IMG/VR virus record: IMGVR_UViG_3300038803_000201
Span: 4,188 to 68,187 of that record
DNA length: 64,000 nucleotides
Reading direction: 5' to 3' (one strand)
Origin: a virus
In this document: piece after piece, positions 27,721-36,851 of the stretch
Numbering within the stretch: position 1 is the stretch's first letter
Layout: the number at the start of each line of letters is the position of its first letter
The notes under the pieces: generated by a model
Seen by the model: only the letters and a program-made list of their open reading frames with translations
Database searches by the model: none
Told to the model about the DNA's origin: nothing
Program-made: the position numbers and the translations under genes

Positions 27721-27956
27721 CCGGGGAGGTGTTCAAAGCGAACTCGAGATGCAGGATCCTGTTGTTCATTCCATGGGTTGACATTGGGTTGAGTCACGCT
27801 TCCGTTGTTCTTAATATCTGCCCAAGACCGAGACTCCGCACCCTCAACATGGAGATGGAACTTGATTTCCCCTTTAGGCAATTCCGGGTGGTTGGTTCCA
27901 CGAAGGATGCACTGAATAGCATCTGCAATATCACGCTTTTGTTGTACACTAAACAT
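27684..27956 (-). CDS. hypothetical protein
   Basis: AAGGAG SD. Confidence 0.7.
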   Translation of the reverse strand: MFSVQQKRDIADAIQCILRGTNHPELPKGEIKFHLHVEGAESRSWADIKNNGSVTQPNVNPWNEQQDPASRVRFEHLPGCPCRLCRSIPD

Positions 27957-27958
27957 AA

Positions 27959-28147
27959 TTACTCCTTGTTATCGACAATGACGTTGATCTTAGTGACAGT
28001 CACTGTCCCTGCCCATCGATCTAACGGACTAATGGTATAATAGACACTTAATTTATCAACACTAACGCCCAGGTCTTCGGCGATCATTTTTTTGAGTTCA
28101 TCTGATGTGTATTCATACTGAATTGTTTTCGCTACCATCTTTGCCAT
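27959..28147 (-). CDS. hypothetical protein
   Basis: AAGGA SD. Confidence 0.65.
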   Translation of the reverse strand: MAKMVAKTIQYEYTSDELKKMIAEDLGVSVDKLSVYYTISPLDRWAGTVTVTKINVIVDNKE

Positions 28148-28148
28148 A

Positions 28149-28463
28149 TTATTTCCTTCCGTTTAATGCCCACAAAGCAGCTTCAATTAATATCTCATCC
28201 TTATTTGGGGACGAGAATATGATATTAGCAACTTCGCCTTGAATAGGCAACCTATAACATGAATGATCTATAGGGTCCAACTGATATGGTCGCGTACTTA
28301 CAGATAACAACAGCACTTCTGATGTGTATGCTGAAAAATGATCACTTTGATTGTTTGTATTGAAACAAAGGCACTCAACAAAATGCATAAACTCAGGACA
28401 AACTGTTTCAGTTTCCCATAAAGATAACGTACCGGAGATTGGGTTATGATAGAGATGATACAT
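28149..28463 (-). CDS. MYYL-family paralog
   Basis: MYHL..LSLWE..SSPNKDEILIEAALWAL. Confidence 0.8.
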   Translation of the reverse strand: MYHLYHNPISGTLSLWETETVCPEFMHFVECLCFNTNNQSDHFSAYTSEVLLLSVSTRPYQLDPIDHSCYRLPIQGEVANIIFSSPNKDEILIEAALWALNGRK

Positions 28464-28510
28464 TTGTTTATCAGATACCTCAATAACAAGGTTGAACTAC
28501 CTGATAAACA

Positions 28511-28540
28511 AGGGAGCCGATAGCCATCTACCGGCTCCCT
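28511..28540 (-). terminator. GC hairpin, probable terminator
   Basis: AGGGAGCCG/CGGCTCCCT directly after stop of 28546..29571. Confidence 0.6.
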
Positions 28541-28545
28541 GATAA

Positions 28546-29571
28546 TTACTCTGCGTTGAACGGTACAATCGTCGTCAGCAGGAGCTTCAGGATGTTGACC
28601 TGTTGCGCCACTGAAATGGAATTGGCGGTCAAAGCCCACGTGACCTTGGATGACAATACGGTGTCACCGCTCATGGTATCCTTATAGTTGATCGTTCCTG
28701 TCATGGAAGGGATAGAAGTGTCCACTGCGAAGAACGCAGCTTCGTCATCAGCCGAGGCGAACATAGCCGCTTCGTCATTACCCTTGGCCGTTTCAGGTTC
28801 ATCAACACGGATGTCCAGTTCATAGTACCCTTCACCATTGCTAGCGCGCTGGGGACTAGGGACCCACTTGATGTTACCCGTGATCTTGTTGGAGCCGATC
28901 ATCAACCCTTCAAAATACCAGGCACTGCGTTCATAATCGAACAGCATGGCGCCGGATACAGAGGCTTCGGCATACTTCTTAACAGGACCCGCAGGCAGGA
29001 TCAGCCCGTTGAATCGCATGTAGTCGTATTTGGTGACCAGGATAGTCTTGGACTTGCCGTTGACGGTTTTGGTAATCTTCTTGGCACTCTTAGCAGCCGC
29101 CCCGAAGGTACTGTTATCGTCCACAGGCAGCCCCTGAATAACTCCCTGGTATGAGGAATTGAATCCGGCCGCAGATCCCTTGGCATCAATAGCAACACGG
29201 AGATTACCCTGCTGGTACATATATGCACCTTCCTTGGTAATCGGAACCGCGCCGATCAATTTGCCGGGGGTTACGAATTGATTGATGTTAGCCGGGTTGA
29301 ACACCTTGAACGACAGGTCGTACATCAGTTTACCAGACTGTAATTCACGTCCGAGCGTGCCGGACAGAATCGTAGGAAGGTGCTGAATGGTGCCACTTAC
29401 CGCGAATGCATTGGCGACGTTGAGGTCCGTCTTATACAAGTCCGCGATACCCAGTTCATTGGGCGAAGTACGGCTCAGGAAGTTGATTTCCTGGGTGCCG
29501 TTGATCTGCGCCATCAATGGAGTCGAAGCAAAAGCCGCGACTAATACTAATGCCATAATGAATTTCTTCAT
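28546..29571 (-). CDS. exported protein with signal peptide
   Basis: MKKFIMALVLVAAFASTPLMA|Q; beta-rich, strongly biased codons. Confidence 0.85.
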   Translation of the reverse strand: MKKFIMALVLVAAFASTPLMAQINGTQEINFLSRTSPNELGIADLYKTDLNVANAFAVSGTIQHLPTILSGTLGRELQSGKLMYDLSFKVFNPANINQFVTPGKLIGAVPITKEGAYMYQQGNLRVAIDAKGSAAGFNSSYQGVIQGLPVDDNSTFGAAAKSAKKITKTVNGKSKTILVTKYDYMRFNGLILPAGPVKKYAEASVSGAMLFDYERSAWYFEGLMIGSNKITGNIKWVPSPQRASNGEGYYELDIRVDEPETAKGNDEAAMFASADDEAAFFAVDTSIPSMTGTINYKDTMSGDTVLSSKVTWALTANSISVAQQVNILKLLLTTIVPFNAE

Positions 29572-29867
29572 ATTCTTTCTATTTCCTTTTCTGTTTGTTG
29601 TTTTGTTTCTACGGTCTTTCCGTAAATTCTAGCCAATTCAATCGCCTCTGGCCATACATCTTCTACCATATTGAGTAATAATGTATCGCGCTTCTTTTTT
29701 GCTAATACTGTGATGATCATCTTTGATATCACACTACAAGGAATCTGATCATTATCCCTGAGATGAATAAGAGCGTTCTTCATTAACGCATAATCATAAT
29801 CATCCGAAAGCATGCAACTTTCATTGTAACCGATTTTGATTTTCTCTGCTAATTCTAAATGGGTCAT
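29568..29867 (-). CDS. hypothetical protein
   Basis: Coupled ORF. Confidence 0.65.
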   Translation of the reverse strand: MTHLELAEKIKIGYNESCMLSDDYDYALMKNALIHLRDNDQIPCSVISKMIITVLAKKKRDTLLLNMVEDVWPEAIELARIYGKTVETKQQTEKEIERI

Positions 29868-29868
29868 G

Positions 29869-30243
29869 TTATTGCGGATCTGTATTTGCAGCAAAATTAC
29901 GTAGAGCTGTTGCGTATGCCACTACCGGAGAGATCCAGGCATCGGCGAATACCATTCCGGCCACCACAAAGTCCATAAGAGCCAACGATCCACGCGGGAT
30001 CAGAATAAATGAAAACATGGCGGCAACAAGCAAAAGGTTTACAATACTGATGGCTTGTTCCACCTTGAAATTGAACAAGCCTACGTCAGCTCCCTTATAT
30101 ACCTCAGCAAACCCAGCGAAAAGGCACACAAACAAGAACAGGAGGCCAGGAAGTTCCCCAGGAGACAGGTCCCAACCCATCAGACGCGCCGGTGCCCACA
30201 ACAAAGCTGTGACGATCAATAGATATGGTATTTTTATTTTCAT
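29869..30243 (-). CDS. 4-TM membrane protein
   Basis: Hydrophobic helices. Confidence 0.75.
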   Translation of the reverse strand: MKIKIPYLLIVTALLWAPARLMGWDLSPGELPGLLFLFVCLFAGFAEVYKGADVGLFNFKVEQAISIVNLLLVAAMFSFILIPRGSLALMDFVVAGMVFADAWISPVVAYATALRNFAANTDPQ

Positions 30244-30280
30244 TCTTACCCTTTCTTTATACCTATATAATATAGGATGT

Positions 30281-30487
30281 TTACTTAGTTGGCACGTGTA
30301 AAGCCGACTGTGGATAAGATTTCAATCGCTCAAGAACAGCTTCGATACCATCTTCCTCGTGTTCAATAGTTTCGATGGAATAGTTCAGCATAGTGTTCAT
30401 GGGATTATCAGTGACCCCATCATTAGCAATAATTCGATTGCCTTTAAGCCACTCGACAATTTCGGGAATAGTGTATTGTTTATTCAT
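30281..30487 (-). CDS. hypothetical protein
   Basis: 68-aa ORF. Confidence 0.6.
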   Translation of the reverse strand: MNKQYTIPEIVEWLKGNRIIANDGVTDNPMNTMLNYSIETIEHEEDGIEAVLERLKSYPQSALHVPTK

Positions 30488-30643
30488 AGGATTTAGGAGG
30501 CATACTGTACAAATTGGCCATAATGACCAAAATATCTATTATCATTCCGCTCCAATCATGCGCCAAGAAATCTATTATCAGAAATCCACTGAACGCCACA
30601 ATAGCTGCTATATTGAGTGTACGAAATACTGTATTCAGTTTAC

Positions 30644-30826
30644 TCATTCAGGTTCCTTTCGGATAGCCCTGGCTCTTTCAACCAGTGCCCAAGTTTTACC
30701 TGCTTTGTCTTTGAAGTCAGCTGCATCGAGCTGTGACATACCTTCAATGCTTTCGTCAAATAGATTTGCAAGATCAGAAATCAAACAGCTCATTAAATCT
30801 ATATGCAATACAGTTTTCTTGTCCAT
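30644..30826 (-). CDS. hypothetical protein
   Basis: AAGGG SD. Confidence 0.55.
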   Translation of the reverse strand: MDKKTVLHIDLMSCLISDLANLFDESIEGMSQLDAADFKDKAGKTWALVERARAIRKEPE

Positions 30827-30859
30827 ATCAATTTCCCTTTATTTTGGAGTTGTATTCAT

Positions 30860-31187
30860 CAACCATCTTTTCGAACTCCCAAGGACGAATTCGGTGGCAT
30901 CTATTGATGAACAGTTCACACGTAAGTTGTTTAATAATATGTGCGCTATTTGCGGTTCAAATGAAAATCTGTGTATAGACCACTGGCGACCATTATCAAA
31001 AGGATTTCCATTAACAAGACAAAACGCAGTTTTGATGTGCCGAACGTGCAATTCTAGTAAAAATGACACTTTACCAGAGAACCATTATGATCAAGATACA
31101 CTAAACAGAATATCCAGTTATCTATCAATTGGGTCGATGGACACGCAGACCGGAAATCTGGGAATACCATCTCCTGTCAATTCTTGA
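30860..31187 (+). pseudogene. HNH endonuclease remnant
   Basis: CAICG..LCIDHWRPLSKG..NAVLMCRTCNSSK with no clear N-terminal domain or promoter. Confidence 0.7.
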
Positions 31188-32233
31188 TATCTGATGGTCG
31201 CAGTTTTTCCTATATAACGGCTTTTGTTGCGCAGCAGTTCTGTGTAAAGCTGCACTCCACCTTTAATGCTTGAATTAAAGGGCCTGCCATCTTTTAATTT
31301 AAAGGACAAATTACCTGCCATTCCACTCCGATTCCCTATACCCTCTATGACATCATCGATGATATATTCCTCATCGATGAAACGTTTATATTTCAATAGG
31401 TTTTTGCTTCGTTTATTTTCGTATACAGAGGAGGGGACTCGGATCATCAGACCTTCTGCCCCGTCACGAACAAATTCGTCATGCTTTTGTTCTATTTCTG
31501 TGTGGTTTACAACCAAATAATTTTGAACAAATTTAATAGATTTTGACGGCCCTACTATCTTCTCAATTTCACTCTGTATCAGATTAAATCTATCTGTGAA
31601 GGACTCATCCACTTTATCCACCACACCATCAAATATCCATAATTGACAAATTTCTTCACTTTCTTCCAGATCCTTTGTGGAGGGGTTTTTTTTGCGGGTG
31701 AGTGATACAATCTTTTCGAATGGCACTTCTGTTGAATATATCTCACCGTCAATAATCCAATCGGGATGTGCATCAAAAACCGGCCTCAATAATTTTGAGA
31801 TATGAGGACACGAATTGAAAGGCTTGCCGTTTCTGGTAGTCAGCCCGTCTATGGTGGCTATCATTCGCAGTCCGTCCAATTTCTGGCTCACTACCAATGG
31901 GAACACCAAATCATCTTTATAATCTAAATACTTGTGAGCGAGCATAGGCTTAAAGTAAGCCATTTCGTTGTCGATATCTTCCAATTTAAGGAAGTATCCG
32001 GTATCCAACTTCTTCTGATGCTTGCTGGTAGCTTCAGCAAGGGCTTGTTGTTCCGGTGATGTTTCGTTCGTTCGACCTTGATTCTTTCCTTCACAGATCG
32101 TGGGGGTTGAAGTGGTAATCACCCCACCAACCTGACCTGCTTCGGTATAAAAGGAATTACCATCTACGGTGATGGTCCACATTTGAGGCGCACCGGTAGA
32201 TGCGCGTTTATAAAGAGTAGGGAATTTTTTCAT
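31118..32233 (-). CDS. lig: ATP-dependent DNA ligase
   Basis: KLDG adenylation motif, DGEIY, EGLMIR, KRSKNLLKYK, PRFP. Confidence 0.95.
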   Translation of the reverse strand: MKKFPTLYKRASTGAPQMWTITVDGNSFYTEAGQVGGVITTSTPTICEGKNQGRTNETSPEQQALAEATSKHQKKLDTGYFLKLEDIDNEMAYFKPMLAHKYLDYKDDLVFPLVVSQKLDGLRMIATIDGLTTRNGKPFNSCPHISKLLRPVFDAHPDWIIDGEIYSTEVPFEKIVSLTRKKNPSTKDLEESEEICQLWIFDGVVDKVDESFTDRFNLIQSEIEKIVGPSKSIKFVQNYLVVNHTEIEQKHDEFVRDGAEGLMIRVPSSVYENKRSKNLLKYKRFIDEEYIIDDVIEGIGNRSGMAGNLSFKLKDGRPFNSSIKGGVQLYTELLRNKSRYIGKTATIRYQELTGDGIPRFPVCVSIDPIDR

Positions 32234-32279
32234 AGTTTAAGTATACCGCATTTTATAAGATTAACAAGGAATTTCTTTG

Positions 32280-32870
32280 TTATCCTTCATCTATCTCAAA
32301 TCTAGTAACACCAGATCTTTTGAGCCTCTGTATGATAATATTTCGTATTTCTTTACGAGAAAGATCCGGGTGTTCTGGGATGATGTGTTCGTTCTCTGCC
32401 GCACCGACTTCTATGTTCAAGTCTTTGAACAATACTTCCAATTTAGCATAACAACCACCATCCAAAGTATCTTCGCAGTATCCGCCCTTCGTTTCCGGCC
32501 CCAAGCCGAAACCGATACCATCATCGTCATAGTCGTTTATGAAACAGATGAACTTTCCTGTCCATTCAGATTCACCTTTTCGATATCCAGGGTATTCTGT
32601 TGCATTAGGAAATTCAACGGCAGACAGGTCCACTGTAATCAAGTTTGTTTTTATTTTGATCGCTAGGGTGGACGGAAGGTTGGTAATGTCGACAATAGTA
32701 TTGTCCTTTTCATACACAATTTGTTTGTCGCCAGTTTTGATATTCTCAAATGTGCGAAAAGTATAATTGCCCACTTTGTTCTTGGATCTGCGTTTCCAAT
32801 CTGTCTTATTGGTGCCGGGACACACGTTAGTTACAATGTGTTCAACGCAATGTTCTGTGGTAATTTTCAT
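32280..32870 (-). CDS. hypothetical protein
   Basis: Leaderless promoter, 196 aa. Confidence 0.75.
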   Translation of the reverse strand: MKITTEHCVEHIVTNVCPGTNKTDWKRRSKNKVGNYTFRTFENIKTGDKQIVYEKDNTIVDITNLPSTLAIKIKTNLITVDLSAVEFPNATEYPGYRKGESEWTGKFICFINDYDDDGIGFGLGPETKGGYCEDTLDGGCYAKLEVLFKDLNIEVGAAENEHIIPEHPDLSRKEIRNIIIQRLKRSGVTRFEIDEG

Positions 32871-32885
32871 AGAATGATATTACCT

Positions 32886-33464
32886 TTATTTCATGAGATT
32901 ATCAAGCGTTTTATTGACTAATTTTCGACGCTGTTTATTGGACATCTGGAGAAGCTTGGTGCGGAAGGTTCCAGGCTCTCCCGAACATGAAAACAAATGA
33001 GGATGATCCTTGGCGAACTGTGTGATGAACTCCGCTATGTCTTCGATGGCTACTGTGTGGGGCTTAGGTAGAGGATGTGGTAAAACATCAGTAGGGGTTG
33101 TGTTTACAACAGGACGCTTCGTTTTCTCCGCTAGCCAATTTTCCAATCCTACCCGAGCGAAAGGACCTAAATGGGTGCCTCCATTATAGCTCTTGTTCCA
33201 TTCGTCATACTTATATAAAGCGTGTTCCACAGAACCTACTTGCTCTAATTTCGCGAGTATCTCTTCCTGAGTACACCCAGAAAATTTTTCAAAGGGTATG
33301 GGGCACGAACAACCAGAGTCATGTGCGGTATATATTCGTCCATCCCCAGTAGACCAAAAACAAATAGTATTGTACTCGTAGCACATATTAGGCTGGTCCA
33401 AACTATAACACTCAAGTCCTACTTTGCCTGGACTGTAATAAGGATTTATGCATTCGTTATTCAT
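32886..33464 (-). CDS. hypothetical protein
   Basis: DSGCSCP.PFE motif; leaderless promoter. Confidence 0.75.
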   Translation of the reverse strand: MNNECINPYYSPGKVGLECYSLDQPNMCYEYNTICFWSTGDGRIYTAHDSGCSCPIPFEKFSGCTQEEILAKLEQVGSVEHALYKYDEWNKSYNGGTHLGPFARVGLENWLAEKTKRPVVNTTPTDVLPHPLPKPHTVAIEDIAEFITQFAKDHPHLFSCSGEPGTFRTKLLQMSNKQRRKLVNKTLDNLMK

Positions 33465-33507
33465 AAAGATATAATAGCCTATACGCGATTATAATGCAAC
33501 CCTATAC

Positions 33508-33571
33508 TAAAGCGCGTTAAAGGGGTTATTGTCGTGTAAATCGCGAATTAAAGCGCGTTAACGGGGGTATT
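33508..33571. repeat. imperfect direct repeat TAAAGCGCGTTAA-GGGG-TATT x2
   Basis: Copies at ~33508 and ~33549 in intergenic DNA. Confidence 0.7.
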
Positions 33572-33705
33572 TTAGCACTACCGCCACACGAAAGAGTTAT
33601 TGACTCTGTAAACTTTGCCTTGTGTAAAGGATTTTGATAAAGGATACCTGGAAACAGTATCATGAAACTCATCCCCTGTTTTAAATATAGAACAGATCCA
33701 TCTGA

Positions 33706-34092
33706 TTATTTTGCTCGGCGCCATACAACTACGCCATCCTCTCTGAGACCCATCAGCACAGCCGGCTGGGGTCTATAGCTGTCTTTTAAGTTCGGGGAAG
33801 GAAACCAAACTTGCTTGGAATCGTCCCATCGCCATGATTGGGTAACCGGACTAGACAGCCACTGAATGGCCATAGGGGCTTCTTCCAATGGAACCTCCGG
33901 CTCCTGTTCTTTGATAATAGTTTCAATAATAATGTTGGTGCGAGTCACATAATTCGTTACTGTGGTATACACTGTAATAGGGTCTGCCATCTGAACGAGG
34001 GGGGCTGACGGGGGCCGTAACATCATATACAGTAGCATAGGCGAACCAATCGAGACGGCACCAAGGATCAGTATCGTTTTGAAAGTAGACAT
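33706..34092 (-). CDS. membrane-anchored hypothetical protein
   Basis: N-terminal TM; GLREDGVVVWR tail. Confidence 0.65.
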   Translation of the reverse strand: MSTFKTILILGAVSIGSPMLLYMMLRPPSAPLVQMADPITVYTTVTNYVTRTNIIIETIIKEQEPEVPLEEAPMAIQWLSSPVTQSWRWDDSKQVWFPSPNLKDSYRPQPAVLMGLREDGVVVWRRAK

Positions 34093-34093
34093 C

Positions 34094-34294
34094 CTACTCG
34101 ACTTTCTGTATATGTTCTGATTGTTCATACTTTACCATAGCTTGGTAGAATTCTGTGAGATGACCCTCTTGTCGGACCGCCACACCGCCGAATGGAACCC
34201 ATCCATCTTTGATATATACCTGGACGCTATCAGCCAAACGGTGAGGACTGGTGAATTCCAGAATCGTATAGTATTTGATTTTTCGATCACTCAT
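34094..34294 (-). CDS. DUF1737-like protein
   Basis: V..YIKDGW.PFGGV...FYQAMVK. Confidence 0.75.
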   Translation of the reverse strand: MSDRKIKYYTILEFTSPHRLADSVQVYIKDGWVPFGGVAVRQEGHLTEFYQAMVKYEQSEHIQKVE

Positions 34295-35499
34295 GAAGGA
34301 ACCGTGATGTCATACTTGGCGATGGTAGCCAGCATGATCTTGATCGGATCGATGTCCTCATTATTCAGGACCGTCTTGAGGATAGTCGGTGAGAATCCAG
34401 ATACCATACAAACGTTCTTAGTGCGAACCGTTGCAGGCTGATTGTTATATCCATTGAGGTTCCAGTACACGATCTGAGGACGCTTGTAACCAGCAGCTTC
34501 CCACTGCTTCATACAGCTCTCGATAACACCTTTACCAGTATCATCGACAGCTCCTCCATCCCACTGCATGTCGGAAAGGATCAGTAAAGTGTTAACCATG
34601 TCATTAGGCTTGACATTCCACATCTTAGCAGAGTTCAACAGATTCTCCAGGGCGCTACGGATGTTAGTGCTACCGCAGTATCCGTTGGGAATAGACCGCA
34701 CAGCTTCGATAACTGTCCGTCCGACCCAGGACTCCAGTTTGGAATTCGTAGAGAACGGAATTAGCTTACGGTAGAACGGATTGTTCTTACCCAACCGATC
34801 CGAACAATACAAGCCGAGCGCCAATGACACGTCCAGACAAGACACAGAACCAGAGGCTTTGCAATCCATAGAACCAGAGAAGTCGCAAATTGGCATAATC
34901 TTGACATCGGGATTGTCGATATAGTTCGGCATGTTCTCGAACAAGGTCTCGACCAGAGTCGTGAAAGCGGCATCTGCGTCCGGAGTGGAGTGGACCAATC
35001 GAACGATGTCGTGAGGGAACAGAGTTGCTGCATTGACCTTTTTGTTCGTGGCCAAAGATAAGCACCACTGTTCATAACGAGCCTGCTGATGCTTCTTGAA
35101 CGCATTGCGATAACGAGAGCCAGCAACAGAAGGGACTTGGCTGAAAGGAATGTTTTCCCAGTTACCGGAGCACATAGACTTCTCTACGACCCAACCAGTC
35201 TTCTCAGAAACCAACTTACGGAACTCCTTAGGACCAAGGCCACATGCCTTGCGGAGCTTGGAGTCCTGGCGATCCGCCCACTTGCAAGCAAGGGGTGTCA
35301 CTGAAGCATCGTCACTCTGGATGGCGTCGGCCCACAATTCCAGAGCGAACGGCTCAGCAGCGGTTCCGTAGAGAGCCATAAGATCATCCCAACGACCATA
35401 CATTGGAATCAGATGGATATTTGCAGCAACCCATTCAGTTTCATTGTCTCCGAGCCATTGAATGATATCACGAAATCCTTGTCTATTTCCGGCTCCCAT
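34291..35499 (-). CDS. DUF2828/TROVE-vWA-like protein, C-terminal part of split gene
   Basis: GAGNR..IPMYGRWDDL, ACKW, VPSVA, DFSGSM MIDAS, ILSDMQWD, YWNL. Confidence 0.85.
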   Translation of the reverse strand: MGAGNRQGFRDIIQWLGDNETEWVAANIHLIPMYGRWDDLMALYGTAAEPFALELWADAIQSDDASVTPLACKWADRQDSKLRKACGLGPKEFRKLVSEKTGWVVEKSMCSGNWENIPFSQVPSVAGSRYRNAFKKHQQARYEQWCLSLATNKKVNAATLFPHDIVRLVHSTPDADAAFTTLVETLFENMPNYIDNPDVKIMPICDFSGSMDCKASGSVSCLDVSLALGLYCSDRLGKNNPFYRKLIPFSTNSKLESWVGRTVIEAVRSIPNGYCGSTNIRSALENLLNSAKMWNVKPNDMVNTLLILSDMQWDGGAVDDTGKGVIESCMKQWEAAGYKRPQIVYWNLNGYNNQPATVRTKNVCMVSGFSPTILKTVLNNEDIDPIKIMLATIAKYDITVPS

Positions 35500-35508
35500 A
35501 AATTTCTC

Positions 35509-36291
35509 CTATCTATGTCCTTTACGACTATTGCTTTTTCTGCTTATTATACACAAATTATCGATATGACCTATTATTTCTGGTGGTATGTTTTGTGCAA
35601 ATCCTGCAAACATACTAATTTTATGGTCTATCGTTCTATACATCTTATGATTAAATTTTTTAGGGTCTGTCTCTAATACTTCTTTTGTATTATAATCTAA
35701 CCCATCCCAATGGTCAAGCAATTCTTTTTTATATTTTCTGGTTTCGGAAAGTACTTTTAACCTGTATTTATTAAACTCTGTTTGCTCCTGTAAAGGAACA
35801 AATAACCCTCTGGTTTCCATATCCGCCCGGAATTTTTGCGTTTTTGAGAAATTACTAACACCATATCGTTCTATACATGTCGATTTAATCTTATCCGGAT
35901 TACACCATTTTTCATCACCATATTTTCGTTTTTTGGTTCTTTTCGTTTTTTGTACATATAATGGTGTACTGATAAATGGCATACCATACGTTTCAATTTC
36001 TTTTGAAATGCGTTTTTTAGTTGCCTGGCATTTAAGATCCGGGTCCTTTAACGCACAAACACTGCTACAAAAACGGGCATATCCTTTATTTTTGCTCTTT
36101 AAAAATGATGTAGATTTCCCACAAGTAATACACATTCCTTCATTTAATGTTTTATAAAACCGATCATAATATGATTGAAAATTGATGTTATGTATCGGTT
36201 TTAAATGATGTTGTGAAAATTTACTATAATCTGTATATTGTGTCACTTCTCCACAAATCTCGCATTTTTTGTAGTCACATTTTTCTTTCAT
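35509..36291 (-). CDS. HNH-type homing endonuclease inserted in the DUF2828 gene
   Basis: CxxC fingers, KYG repeats, TIDHKIS..NL...SNSRK; ATAAGTA late box; AT-rich. Confidence 0.8.
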   Translation of the reverse strand: MKEKCDYKKCEICGEVTQYTDYSKFSQHHLKPIHNINFQSYYDRFYKTLNEGMCITCGKSTSFLKSKNKGYARFCSSVCALKDPDLKCQATKKRISKEIETYGMPFISTPLYVQKTKRTKKRKYGDEKWCNPDKIKSTCIERYGVSNFSKTQKFRADMETRGLFVPLQEQTEFNKYRLKVLSETRKYKKELLDHWDGLDYNTKEVLETDPKKFNHKMYRTIDHKISMFAGFAQNIPPEIIGHIDNLCIISRKSNSRKGHR

Positions 36292-36314
36292 GTAACTACT
36301 TATGTTATCGAGTG

Positions 36315-36557
36315 CTATTTACTTCGACAATCACGACACCAAAATAATAATTTCATGCAAATAAGTTTATCTTCATCGGTTCTGCAACTAAACCAGGCAG
36401 CCTTGAACAGTTCGAGGAGATCTGCGCTGATATCTGAATAGTACGGATCCTTGCCCTTAATAGAGCCGCCCTTGGAGAAGAATTCGACCAAGTGGTTCAT
36501 TGAGTGAGAGTAGGCGATGGCACCTTTACCGGTAAAAGCTGTCATTTTTGCGTTCAT
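36315..36557 (-). CDS. DUF2828/TROVE-like protein, N-terminal part of split gene
   Basis: T.KGA..S..LVEFF...KLLFWCRDCR. Confidence 0.8.
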   Translation of the reverse strand: MNAKMTAFTGKGAIAYSHSMNHLVEFFSKGGSIKGKDPYYSDISADLLELFKAAWFSCRTDEDKLICMKLLFWCRDCRSK

Positions 36558-36630
36558 AATATCTCCGTAATTTTTCGTGTTAAATGATTAACCAATATAT
36601 TATAGCAAGCAGATTAAAAAAGCAACGGGA

Positions 36631-36846
36631 TTATTTTTTATGGAGCATTAATTCTATACCGTCCTCTGAATCTACCCATGCTATAGGGCGCCAATACAAC
36701 CCCCAGTCCCTGTAATATGCCTCGACCACCCATTCTGCGGTTTCCATCCATCTGTACTGACCTTTAAGACATTTAGGAAACCAGAGAAATTTTCTTTTTA
36801 TGCGACGCTCCCCTTCGACCGGCCTTTTCTTTTTATCCCATCTCAT
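36631..36846 (-). CDS. hypothetical protein
   Basis: KFLWFP...RWME motif. Confidence 0.65.
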   Translation of the reverse strand: MRWDKKKRPVEGERRIKRKFLWFPKCLKGQYRWMETAEWVVEAYYRDWGLYWRPIAWVDSEDGIELMLHKK

Positions 36847-36851
36847 AGAGT

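Noticed and set aside
30393..30859. 5' part of the 264-aa plus-strand ORF
   Set aside because: Overlaps minus-strand genes; only the last ~110 codons are HNH-like.
33570..33640. c-di-GMP-I riboswitch suggested by GGCAAAG on the minus strand
   Set aside because: The GNRA-capped first hairpin and required pairings are absent.
35500..36314. Group I intron in the DUF2828 gene
   Set aside because: Only 23 and 9 nt flank the HNH ORF, no core elements were recognised, and the downstream half has its own SD and ATG.
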